Assembly: GCF_011745625.1 (NCBI RefSeq)
Contig: NW_027191482.1
Span: 124,001-188,000, forward strand
From: Cladosporium halotolerans
Lineage: Eukaryota
Reading direction: 5' to 3'
DNA length: 64,000 nt
Positions 11,618 through 22,562 of the stretch are shown in pieces; position 1 is the stretch's first letter, and each line of letters starts with the position of its first letter. Below the pieces are notes generated by a model. It ran no database searches and was not told the DNA's origin. It saw only the letters and a program-made list of their open reading frames with translations. Made by a program: the position numbers and the translations under genes.

Positions 11618-14092
11618 ATGGAGGACGATCTCTTCCCGGATGACGACCTCGACGACATCCCGGACAACACTCTGGTCGAGCTTGAAAGAAATGCCATCTC
11701 GTCCACTCAGCGCCAGCGCGCGAGTCCGGCATCACAACATCCACCTCCCGACCTGAGGAGACAGATTCACAATGCTTCTGGTCTGTATCGCGCTCAGAAG
11801 CCTACAAAGAACACGGCATGGCGACCGCCACGGCGACAGCAACCTGGCATGGCCGGGTCATCAGGACCAGCGCCTCCGCCCAACGTGCCAGAGCCACCCT
11901 CGTCCGACTACGGATTCGACGACGAGAACGTGATCGACTTGGATGAGCCGACCATGGTCATCCACCCTGCCTCTGGACCGCCCACGAGAGTGCAGTCTCG
12001 CCCCGCTTCCCGCACTGCTTCGCGCGCCATGGATCCTGAGACTGCCGCAGCCTTCGCTGCTGCGGACGCTGAGATGGGTGGGGGAGCACAAGCATCGCAG
12101 CACTGGGGACAGGCACCGCATCTGCAGAACAAGGCTCGCACAGACTCTGAGGCCGCCACGCTTCTCGCGCGCATCGCAGAACTCGAGGCTGAGCAAAGCC
12201 GATTGCGGCGTTTAGAGCAGGAAGCTCGCGCGGCCGCCGCAACGAAGCAGGGAGAAATCTCCATCGTGCGCGCGAAGGAAGAGAAGGCTGCGAAGGAGTA
12301 TGAGCGGCGACTCAGCGTCATGCAGAAATTGCATGCGGACGAGGCTGCGAAACAGAAGGCTGAGCTTGATGCTATGCGGAAGCAGAGCGAAAAGATGGAG
12401 ACGGACAATCGATTTTTGCAGCACGATCTGGCCCAAGAAGCGGAAAGAGCTAAGCGATCGACTGGTCCAAGCAAGCCAATGCCTGTGAGAGGCAAAGATA
12501 CACCTCGCAAGAGGAAGCAAGGGCTCGGTGATGGCTTCGATGATGACGAGGTACATTTGGTCAGTCCCAGCCGAAGCAGAGACAAGCCGAAAGACCAGAC
12601 TCCCACCGCTGGAGCCAAGCGAAAACGATCGGCACAAGATAGTCCGTTGCCTGCGTTGTCTTTCATGCCCCCGCCGAACAAGCCGTCACGGGAACCTAGC
12701 GGAGAGCAATACTCATTACCTGCAGTATCCAATGGTAATGGCTCAGAGGCAATTCTTGCGCGAGAACGGTATGACTTTATTCAACGCATGCTTAATTACA
12801 AGCAGCGCGGAGGCGAAGAGAGGGTCATTGAGCTCCTCGCCAAGCATAGCTTTCCATCCGCCCCAGCTAGGTCTTTGGCTTCCATTTTCTTCGACGGTCT
12901 CTCGTTCCCCATTCACCCTCAAGATACAGGCAGTATGCCGCTGAGAGTGGCCTACATTCTGCTAGATCTTTGGTCAAATTGTCTGCACGAGAAGATGTAT
13001 GAGCCGTTGACGTTGATCCTTGGTATGCTCCGCGCAGCGCTCTACTTTGAGCTTTCCGATCAAATTGCGAAATTGGTGGAAGAAGGTGTACCTATCTGCC
13101 TCCAGTCGATCGATCTGGTCGTCACACCGGTATTCCAGGCCCAGCGTGCTCCACTGTCTGTTTCCTTTGATCTCAAAGATCTGGAGGAATTGGCTGCCAA
13201 GGTGGACGTTGATGCGATTGTCGACTTCCTCCTTTCTCTGGGTCAATCAGCAGCGCTGTATCCTGAGCGCATCGAAGCCTTTTGGCGGCACATTCATTTC
13301 CGCGGCTCGCTCTTAATCCTCAACAAGGTGCAGCCGATACCTCGCATCAAACAAGCCCTGCAGATTCTTTCGACGTCAGTACTGGGCACGAGCTTCGGCT
13401 CGATCAGTAGTGATCCTAGCCAACAGGGGCAGCAAGAGCGCCAGACGCTCGACCGACTGTTGACTTGGCTATTCGAAACGCCCGAGGCTCCTAAAGACGA
13501 GCCCTCGTACACCCAGGAAGAGATTGCGGAACTTCGAATTGAGACCCTTCTCGTCTTGAAAAGGATGTGCCACACAGATCATAGTGGCAACCTGATCGCT
13601 CACCATCGCATCGCGATTGTGAAGATGGTCAGATTCTTGAACCGTCAGGTCGCCGAACTCTACACCATTCCTCCGTACGCGCGACGACGCAGAGACAGCG
13701 GCGAAAGCGAGAAAAGCGACCACGAGCCACCTCCCACGCTGCATGATCTGATCATCATCACCGTGAACATGACCGTCCGCATCCTCCACCACATTCTACG
13801 AACATTTGACGACTCCATCAACCTCACACAGAAACTCGAAGTAGAGCGAGGCGGCTACCACATGTTCCTCATCAGCATGTCCCGCGTTGCATTCAGCGAG
13901 CAATTGGTGTTTGAAGCCGGCATTGAAGCAGAGGTCATCGAAGCCGCGCACGACATCCTCGATAATGTTCTGAGTCCGGAAGAAGGCGAGGCGATCGTGA
14001 AGGCCGTTGAGACCCCACGTGGGACGCGCAGCACGACGACCAGGAGAGGGGACAGCCAGCAAGACGCGATGGAGATTGATGGCGACGAGTGA
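11618..14092 (+). CDS. rad26: ATR-interacting checkpoint protein (ATRIP/Rad26/UvsD-like)
   Basis: Single-exon 824 aa. Acidic N-terminus, SSDYG motif, coiled coil with KQGEISIVR, DGFDDDE motif and a helical C-terminus ending AAHDILDNVLSPEEGEAI. Confidence 0.75.
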   Translation: MEDDLFPDDDLDDIPDNTLVELERNAISSTQRQRASPASQHPPPDLRRQIHNASGLYRAQKPTKNTAWRPPRRQQPGMAGSSGPAPPPNVPEPPSSDYGFDDENVIDLDEPTMVIHPASGPPTRVQSRPASRTASRAMDPETAAAFAAADAEMGGGAQASQHWGQAPHLQNKARTDSEAATLLARIAELEAEQSRLRRLEQEARAAAATKQGEISIVRAKEEKAAKEYERRLSVMQKLHADEAAKQKAELDAMRKQSEKMETDNRFLQHDLAQEAERAKRSTGPSKPMPVRGKDTPRKRKQGLGDGFDDDEVHLVSPSRSRDKPKDQTPTAGAKRKRSAQDSPLPALSFMPPPNKPSREPSGEQYSLPAVSNGNGSEAILARERYDFIQRMLNYKQRGGEERVIELLAKHSFPSAPARSLASIFFDGLSFPIHPQDTGSMPLRVAYILLDLWSNCLHEKMYEPLTLILGMLRAALYFELSDQIAKLVEEGVPICLQSIDLVVTPVFQAQRAPLSVSFDLKDLEELAAKVDVDAIVDFLLSLGQSAALYPERIEAFWRHIHFRGSLLILNKVQPIPRIKQALQILSTSVLGTSFGSISSDPSQQGQQERQTLDRLLTWLFETPEAPKDEPSYTQEEIAELRIETLLVLKRMCHTDHSGNLIAHHRIAIVKMVRFLNRQVAELYTIPPYARRRRDSGESEKSDHEPPPTLHDLIIITVNMTVRILHHILRTFDDSINLTQKLEVERGGYHMFLISMSRVAFSEQLVFEAGIEAEVIEAAHDILDNVLSPEEGEAIVKAVETPRGTRSTTTRRGDSQQDAMEIDGDE

Positions 14093-14332
14093 ACCGAGTG
14101 AGCCGAGTAGACCCACGATGATGATGTTTGGCTTTGTATAGTACCTCCTTATTAAGCGATCTGCATGCGCCTGGGGTCCTATATCGGATCTTGAAAGTCC
14201 ATGCCCCGCAACTCCAATATACCCCGCAACCGACTATGATGAAACCCGGTTGAGTTGCGACAACATCTTTTTCCCTACATTCCTTTGACACAAAGTTTCT
14301 GTTGCTTGATCGTTGATGTCAAAGTGCTGACA

Positions 14333-15423
14333 ATGGCTCGTCTACCTAAAAATGTTGGTTGGATTGGCCTGGGGATTATGGGCCTTCCAATGGCCCGCAA
14401 TCTGCTCAAAAAGATGGATGACGATACTCAGTTTTACGTCTTTGATGTTATCCAAGAATCGGTGGACAAATTCGTACAAGATGGTCAAGGCAGAGTCAGT
14501 GCCTGCAGCAGCTCGAAAGACGTGGCTGATAAGTCAGTATGATCGTCATCGCCTCCAACTCACCTTAGTATCTCCCATGCTCACAAAGACAGGACATCAT
14601 CATATCCATGGTCCCCGAAGGAAGCCACGTGCGATCCGTCTACCTGACCGAAAACACCGGCGTCCTCGCCAGCAATCTCGACACCAAAATCCTCATCGAC
14701 TGCAGCACAATCGACACGGGCACCTCTCTCGCCGTCCGCGACGCCGTCGCCACCCAACACCCCTCCGCCAAATTCTACGACTCGCCCGTCTCCGGCGGCG
14801 CCATCGGCGCCGAAAAAGCAACCCTCACCTTCATGCTCGGCTGCGCCGCCAGCGACGCCAACATGCCCCTCCTGCACCAGCTCCTCAGCCTCATGGGCGG
14901 CAACATCTTCCCTTGTGGCGGGCCCTCGCTGGGCCTGACCGCCAAGCTCTGCAACAACTACTGCAGCGGCCTGATCGCGATCGCCGTCAGCGAAGCGATG
15001 AACATCGGCATGGCCTCCGGCATGGACCCGCGCGTCCTCGCGAACGTCTTCCACACCTCCACCGCCCAGTCGTCCATTTGCGACGACTGGTGCCCCGTCC
15101 CTGGCTTGTCGCCCGACGCCCCCGCGAGCAAGGGGTATAAGGGCGGGTTCCGCGTGCAGCTGATGAAGAAGGATTTCGGGCTTGCGGTCGACACGGCGGA
15201 GAGGGTCGGCGTGGGGCTTGCGTTGGGCAAGGAGGGGTTGCGGGTTTATGAGGAGACGAGCGTGGATCCGGAGTGTAAGGATTTGGACTCGAGGGTGGTG
15301 TACAGGCACTTGGGGGGAAGGGAGGCTTGGAGGGAGGATTTTCCTGAGGATGTCGAAATGAAGAAGTTTGAGACGAGGAGGTTGTTGCAGAAGGGGAAGG
15401 AGGCGGAGGGGTCGGGTAAATAG
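14333..15423 (+). CDS. 3-hydroxyisobutyrate dehydrogenase-like (beta-hydroxyacid dehydrogenase; intron 14537-14592)
   Basis: VGWIGLGIMGLPMA Rossmann motif, IDCSTID, DSPVSGG, AKLCNNY and GF...LMKKD. Confidence 0.9.
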
Positions 15424-15750
15424 TAACCGATTCGACAGACAGTAGACAAACTGCAGCACACATGTAAATACAGGACTCTTTCCCAACAGGAAGGTCGATC
15501 TCGTTTGGACCAAATTACCAGTGCATTATATACTTCGATATTCGCTTAAACAAAGCACCGAGGTGCCGGAAGCGAGATGATCGCCAGGGCAAGACAGCAC
15601 GAGCGGGGTTGGTAGAGTTTTGGGAGTGGCTGTTTGCGACGTCATCCGACAACATTTCTTGGAGCTTCTGAGGGGGACATATATAGTTCGTGAGTTAGAG
15701 GTCAAATTGTTTCGGAGATTGATCATTACACCACGTGGTCCATCGATACA

Positions 15751-16975
15751 ATGCAGGCTCTCAGGTCGCTGTTAGGGTTGCTTTTGCTCCGAGGGATCGT
15801 TGCCCAAACCGTCTCATCAGCTGACAGTCTGCCATTCGAGATCACACCAGACACCGTCGATGGAGATCCCGATTACATCCCTCCCTATTTCCCCATTCTG
15901 CCGTTCAATCAATATCCAGGCAACCCTATCCTTTCCCCAAATCCAGCCAACAACTTCGAGTCCGCTTACCTTTATAACCCTACCGCCATCGTTCTGAACG
16001 AGACCATCTTTCTCCTGTATCGAGCGCAGAATGAGTCCAAAGTCAGCACCGTCGGCCTCGCTTGGAGCACCGATGGCATCAACTTTGAACGTTTAAACAG
16101 GCCGATCATTGAGGCTACCGAACCCTGGGAGGCCGGAGGAGGCACAGAAGATCCACGCATCATCCGTGTCAACGGCACATTCTACGTGACTTACACAGGC
16201 TACAACCTCACCTCGCCACAGCTCTGCCTTGCTACATCCACAGACCTGCTCAACTGGACGAAATATCCACCGCTCTTCCCTTACTGGCAAGACGTCGCAT
16301 TCAGCGACATCGACATTCCTGGCCCTCGACTCAACCACTCCAAGTCCGGCGCCATAACCAACGAGCCCATCGATGGCCTCTACCACATGTACTGGTAAGC
16401 CCTTGCCCCCATCCCCCACTCGTCCAACAACACCCACTAACAAACCCACCAGGGGCGACTCCTCCCTATACCACGCCACCTCCCCCGACCTCCTAAACTG
16501 GACAACCCTCCCCGCCACCCAACCGTTCGCAGCCCCCGTACACCCGTGGGAAAACCGGCTCCTCGAGCCCGGCCCCGCGCCCATCAAAACCCGCCACGGC
16601 TCCTGGCTGCTAATCTACAACGCCATGACAACCGGACGAGCCGGCTACCCGCAGGGCCAGTACAGCGTAGGGCAGATGCTGATCGACCCGTCGGGGTCCT
16701 TCCGGCCGACGGTCAACGCGAGCATCGAGAACCCAGTTGTCGGAGGCACATACCAGCCGGAGTTGGCGGATGGGCCGGTCGCGAGGTTGGAGAGGCCTTT
16801 TTTGTGGCCCAGCACGCCGGAGCAGACGGAGGGGCAGGTTAATAGGGTTGTTTTTGCGGAGGGGCTGGTTCAGTTCAAGGGGAAGTGGTGGTTGTATTTT
16901 GGGCAGGCGGATAGTTCGTTGGGGGTCGCGATGGCGGATGTGCAGCCTTGGGGGGAGGAGGGGGCTGGGAGTTGA
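15751..16975 (+). CDS. Secreted glycoside hydrolase family 130-like (5-bladed beta-propeller; intron 16395-16452)
   Basis: Signal peptide, NPIL, YNPTA, LYRAQ, EDPR, YVTYTGY, SKSGA, LEPGP and VVFAEG motifs. Splicing restores YW|GDS. Confidence 0.8.
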
Positions 16976-17187
16976 ATTGGTGGATGGAGTGGGGGTTGTA
17001 GAGTTTGTAGAGTTGTGAGACATATGCTGGTCAATTCAATTATTTGTGTTGCTAGGCTGTTAAGGAGATTCATTACCGTGGTCATTATGCTATCGCATTG
17101 GTGATATCAATCTGCGTTACACCCGTTCCGTCCCTTTATAGCGCCCTTGGGACCCTGATAAAACTAACAATAGATCTGGAGTTTAGC

Positions 17188-19029
17188 CTAGTACCCGATA
17201 CCAGAGCCTCTGGAATGGCGACCATCCCGTGACGCGCTCAGTCTGGGAACTGTAGGACTTGGTGCAACATCTTGAGAAGAGATGGCTCTTGCAATCGGCC
17301 AAGGACCGCTGGCATCAAGGTCTGCAGTCTGTGTAGGCTGCTGTTGCATGATATCGTCGTAGCTGCTGTTTGGATCCGATGCTTTCTTGGTCGGGCTCCA
17401 GTCACCGGGGTTGCTGTCGTTGTTGCGAAGTGTAGTCGTCTCACCCTCGCTCGTCTTGACTTCATCGCTGAAGCGGAGATGCTTCTTATGCCATTCGCTC
17501 TCCTCGTAGAAGAAAGACTCATCGCCTCCTTTGCCGTACCAAAGCGGCTCGTTGGCTGCAAGTGCGACGACATTTAGCCAGGGCCTGGGCTGGGAGTTGG
17601 CGTTGGAGAAAATCACGTCCACCTCTTCGAGACTGCGGAAGCCGGTTTCCGGGTAGAGGAAGTAGACGACAGGAACGATAACGAAGTTCAGGACGGCGAA
17701 GATAATGTATGTGCGGTAGCCGATGTTGTGGAACGCAACCGGCGCAACCTGCACAATGGCGTAGTTGACTAGCCAGTTTGCAGCTGTCGACATCGCGTTT
17801 GCTGGGCCGCGGATTCTGAGGGGAACGATTTCGACTTGGTAGAGCCAAGCCATCCCCTGCCAGCCTATGGCGAAGAACGTGCAGTATGCGAATATGAAGA
17901 CTGTGCTGACGATGTCCCCGGCAGTGGTGTTAAGCCACAACATGGCTGACAGAATCACCATGGAGATGCACATACCGCTTGCTCCAAACATCATAAGGCT
18001 GCGGCGACCCCAGAATCGGTCGATACCGACGACTGGCACCACCGATGCCATGAGAAACTCTGTACCAACCGCGGCAGCCAAGATTCGGCCAACCCAGCCA
18101 GAGTAGCCATACAGCTGGATAAACATTAGAGCTAGGAATTGTGTGACGAGGTTGATGCCGGTCGATTGCTGGAATATCTGTAAGGTCACCGCCAAGAGGG
18201 TTCTGTGGACGTGGCGATAATCGCCCATGGAAAATGCTGATTCGAAGCTGCCTTTGGACATCTCGATGACAGCATCTTTGATCTGCAAAAATTCCTGGCG
18301 AACGTCGTGACTGTCTCTTGGAAGATCGTTCAAAGCAGACAACACTCTCAGCGCTTCATCCTCTCGTCCAGTCAAAATCAGCCATCGTGGGGACTCCGGC
18401 ATGAGCAGAAGCATGAGTGCGGCAACCAGCAAGAAAATGAGCTGAATCGCGATCGGTACCCGCCATGCCGCAGAAGACGGGTCGAGCCACGCAAAGGCGA
18501 AGTCCATCCAATAGCTAAAGCTCAATCCAGCGGCGATGAACGTACCGGCCGTGACCATGAGCAAAGTGCCACGACGGTGAGCTTTGGTGCACTCGGCTTG
18601 CCATGCGGGAACCGTCGCTGTGTTGAACCCATTGCCCCATCCAGCGATGGCTCGACCGGCCAGAAACTGCGCCCAGCTGTATGATGACGCCTGGATGATT
18701 TCTCCGATCGCAAGAAACGTCAGGCCCATCAACATTGTCTTCTTCCTTCCGAGCTTGTCACCGATTAAGATGGTCAGGATGGCCGAGAAGAAGCATCCGA
18801 GGTTCCAGATACCGACGGTGAGTCCTTGAAGAGTGGCGACATGAAGGCTCTCGGGGTTCCCGATTGTGTCGGTCTGAGGGAAGCGTTGACGGAATGATGG
18901 GATGGTGAGAATGCCGGCGAGATCTCCCTGATCGTATCCAAAAAGAAAGAATGCCAGTCCTGCGACAGTACCAATGACACTAGCAAGTGCCGGGCCTCGC
19001 AGACCCATGTACGATGTTACCTCAGACAT
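17188..19029 (-). CDS. MFS sugar porter (Stl1-like)
   Basis: FGYDQG, GDKLGRKK, PESPRWL, QQSTGIN, DRFWGRR and YPET motifs with about 12 TM segments. Start taken at ATG 19029. Confidence 0.93.
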   Translation of the reverse strand: MSEVTSYMGLRGPALASVIGTVAGLAFFLFGYDQGDLAGILTIPSFRQRFPQTDTIGNPESLHVATLQGLTVGIWNLGCFFSAILTILIGDKLGRKKTMLMGLTFLAIGEIIQASSYSWAQFLAGRAIAGWGNGFNTATVPAWQAECTKAHRRGTLLMVTAGTFIAAGLSFSYWMDFAFAWLDPSSAAWRVPIAIQLIFLLVAALMLLLMPESPRWLILTGREDEALRVLSALNDLPRDSHDVRQEFLQIKDAVIEMSKGSFESAFSMGDYRHVHRTLLAVTLQIFQQSTGINLVTQFLALMFIQLYGYSGWVGRILAAAVGTEFLMASVVPVVGIDRFWGRRSLMMFGASGMCISMVILSAMLWLNTTAGDIVSTVFIFAYCTFFAIGWQGMAWLYQVEIVPLRIRGPANAMSTAANWLVNYAIVQVAPVAFHNIGYRTYIIFAVLNFVIVPVVYFLYPETGFRSLEEVDVIFSNANSQPRPWLNVVALAANEPLWYGKGGDESFFYEESEWHKKHLRFSDEVKTSEGETTTLRNNDSNPGDWSPTKKASDPNSSYDDIMQQQPTQTADLDASGPWPIARAISSQDVAPSPTVPRLSASRDGRHSRGSGIGY

Positions 19030-20150
19030 CTTGAGGGCTCTTTGGAAGAACAATGCCCGGACCAGCGTTCAGGCAGGAAAAGAAAGGGTCAAAAGTGAAG
19101 CGCTGCCCTGACTTCTTCACGAGAAGGCAGGAAAAACCTCAAGGGAAAAGGAACGTGCGACATGAGAGGCAAAACCTACCATGAAAAACAGACTCTGCAG
19201 CCACGGGGAACGCACGCGGCGGCGTACCACTGTCTGCGGTGGAGCAGAATCGACTGCTAAAACGTGACGTATCGACCGTGACCCGACATGGCGGACACGG
19301 GATGTCTGCACGAATCGACCAGGGCTGGATATTAGTGCCGACATCCATGATTGAAGCAGAACTCTGGAGGTGGCAACCCTTCAAGTTGGCGCCGCCAGGC
19401 GAGGATTGTCGTCGTCGAATGTATGACAGTCTTTCAAGGCCACAAACGGCGGCTGGTCAGTGTGAAGACCATGGGTGGCGACCGCATGGCACGCCGTTGA
19501 GCTGTCAAAACGGCTTGAGCCGGTGGCATGATCGTGTTGTCGATGATGCTTTGGCGCTCGGAGTGTGGGAGGGGATCGCGAGGGCTTGCAGGCCGTTCCT
19601 TGCAGAGGAGCGGCACGGCGTCGACTCCGCGCTGTGCTCTGGCGATCGATCTTGATCTCTCGTTAGATCTTGCCGATGTGCCGCGCACGCGGGAACTACT
19701 CATCTCGGTAGTAGCGCAAGGGACAACATGAACAATAGAGACCATGTCTGATAACCGATTAGACTGGCTGCATGAGAAAGGGTGCTACAAAAAGCATGAC
19801 CCGTGGATTGTGATACGCTTGCGACTCCCGGCAACTATCATATGGAAGATCTGCGTTCTTCACTTTTGGCTCTGCGTGGCGCGACACTAGATCATACTTT
19901 TCTATTGGTGTTTCAGCGAGAAGACCGTCAGAAACTATGACACGTTACTCTGGTCTGATATACATCACACGTCTGACGTGCAAACACAATTGATAGCCAC
20001 AATGCCTCTCCATGAGTATAGCTTGTCATCCACTTTAATCGAGTGGAAGTAGAAAAACCAGGGGATCACGCCTCTATAATTAATAATAGAAGCTTGTCAC
20101 AGCTCGTCCGAAACGAGCGAGCAGCTTTCAGGAAGCAGATTCGGTCCTTG

Positions 20151-20187
20151 TAGGGTTAGGGTCGAATTTTTCAGGGTTAGGGTTAAG
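20151..20187 (+). repeat. Interstitial telomere-like repeats (TAGGG TTAGGG ... TCAGGG TTAGGG TTAAG)
   Basis: Read directly. Flanked by the inverted repeat CGAGCAGCT (20118-20126) / AGCTGCTCG (20192-20200). Confidence 0.7.
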
Positions 20188-21264
20188 TCTCAGCTGCTCG
20201 ACAGAAACCAACTTCCTACATTTGATGATGCGTCCCTGACCATCTCACGCCGCCATGAACAACTCCACCGTCATCTCCCAGCAGAGTTCTGCATTCTTGG
20301 ATCGCACTCCCCGGTGTAACGCTTGCTACCAGCCAAAGGAACACAGACCTCCTGATAAAAGTCCACGGTCTCCAAGTAAATTCCAAGACAAGCAAGACAA
20401 GGGCGCTTGGGGCACCAGAGGTCTTGGAAGTAGTCTCGATGCGATGCCCAAAGATAGCAGTCAATCCAGTTGTGTAGCATACGCGTGAACTATGTGTCAC
20501 GCTTGGCAGGAGAAAAGCCGCTACTTCATTGAGCGAGCGGCTCTCGCCTAGACGTCTCGACGGCCTCCGCGCAGGACATGCGCCAAACTGGATGAGGATT
20601 TCGCACCCCTTGACTCCTTCGTGGCCATGTCAGGGCTCGTGTGAATCCCGCATGCATCCCTCAACAAGCGCCTATCGGACAGTGTAAAGCTGTCTAACAT
20701 CACTTTGATAGGGTACTCAGAGCTCACCCGGCACAATAAATGGAACCAGCCGCCATATCAACGTGAGCACCAGCTTCTCTGGTTCAGACTACTGGTCATG
20801 ATCAGTTGGGCAATGGGGTCTTGCAATAGGACCTTGAAAGTAGCGGAAGCCCACTCTAGAGAACGAGCACGTCTAGAAGCATCAACGGCGCCAGCCCGCC
20901 GCAGGTGGCACGACTGGTGATGAGGTGTGCAATCATAAACTGACGCTCCCTAAAGGCCATCCTTACACTACTGTCTCGTTTCTCCGCAGTTTCACTTCAG
21001 GATTGTTATCCCGGAAGACCAAGGGTCAGCGGCCAATCGGCCATCGGTGATGTTTATCATCCGACTCTGCATACACTCCTCGGAGGCAAAGGTCTCGGCG
21101 GATTCAGGCAGTCGCGAAGTGCTTGGATAGGTGCAAAAGGGCCACTAGAACGAGTTCGCCTGATCCCTCCAGGACTTGGTTGCCGGCTCAGCAATACCGA
21201 CTGGCTACTTATTCATCGCTTCAGATCATACATTCCTACCCACAACAACGCACACTCTAACACA

Positions 21265-22117
21265 TTGCCAGAGCACAGCAATGGAATACAACCAGGCAAT
21301 CCCCAAGCCGTAGGTGATATACGCCACGATATGGTGCAGGCGCTAATGATTGCTCCCTTAGCCGCATTCCCGTCCTCTGCTGGGGCCACAAAGGTACCCA
21401 TTCAACGCTCGCCAAGAAATCCCTCATCTTGCTTGCTGAAACAATATACTTCCAGACCTTCCAAAGCAGAACGGCATCGTCACTTACAGGCTGTCGCCGA
21501 ACCAGATCAAGATCTCGAAGCATTTTTGGACACAGCGCGGCTGGCTAAACACACTTCGGAGGTGCAGCAGCCAGTTCTTATACGTCGTGCCACCAATGTT
21601 CGCTGCGTATCTTCTGATGACGTGGGCTGAAGATAAGTGAGTGCCTAGTAATACTATCTCGCTTTGACCGTTGTGGCTGCTCACGCTATGCTTTTATAGG
21701 AGTCGTTTCTTGAACTCGAAAGAAGGGAGGGCTTTGTATGGTGATGTGGACGACGGCTAGGGAAGCAAAGACAGGAGCAATATTCGGACCTCTGACGATC
21801 CGATAAACGATGTTCACCATAGCTAGTCTTTCAACATTCACGCCGGTGGGACCTCGCGAAATCTCCTGGCAGAGGCTGATGAGAATCCGGTACTCGCGAC
21901 CAAGAGTTGTTTTCGCTCCCAAGTTTGAAGAAACGAGTATTTGAAAAGCCGCATTTTGCAGAGAGCGGACAAGAAGAGCAGCCACCAGGATAGAGTCTTC
22001 GATGCCTATGTTCAAATACTTCCCGTCGCCCTCGGCAAACTTCGAGAAGCGAAGCGCCACGCGATCGCGAATGCTTCGCCATGTCTAACGTCTAAATACC
22101 AGAAAACGTCCCCGTGA
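21265..22117 (+). pseudogene. Possible degraded gene relic with an intact-looking intron (21637-21699) and several in-frame stops
   Basis: GTGAGT...GCTCAC...TTTTATAG intron signals. Protein-like frames on both sides are interrupted by TGA, TAA and TAG and need one frameshift. No family recognised; 5' limit uncertain. Confidence 0.35.
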
Positions 22118-22562
22118 TAGGAAACAATGGTAGCTACATTCAATGACATCAGACTTGCTCTGACTTCTCGCAATCAAAGAAAAACTACAGCGCTTACAAA
22201 AAATGGAAATTGTCGAAACAAAGGGTTGATGTTAAATCATGAAAACGATTCGGTGACGGCAGATGAAAACGCGGTACCTGGCGTATTATTGTTTTATTTT
22301 CACCAGAGCTTGCAGTCTGCGATACAACTTCTTGGACGCAATGTCCTTCGGTAGCGGGGAAAGGACGCTGTTGGGATTGGGATCTTCGTATGCGAGGCTG
22401 CATGAGTACACAGCCACCGACTAATAATTTAGCTGCATCGGCAAGCGCCTGCTAACATGTGCCATTTTTGAGCTCAGCGATGCGGCAGCCTTGATGCGAT
22501 CGTAACCCACATCGAAAAACACGACTACTTTCAGCTAGGAGATCTTATTATAAAAAGGTGCT

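Noticed and set aside
19041..19179. Possible 5' intron of the sugar porter (GTAGGT donor directly after an ATG)
   Set aside because: No convincing branch-site and acceptor combination; cannot be fixed without transcripts.
21686..22060. 124-aa minus-strand ORF
   Set aside because: No ATG start or family motif; it is the codon-aligned antisense of the stop-interrupted plus-strand relic.
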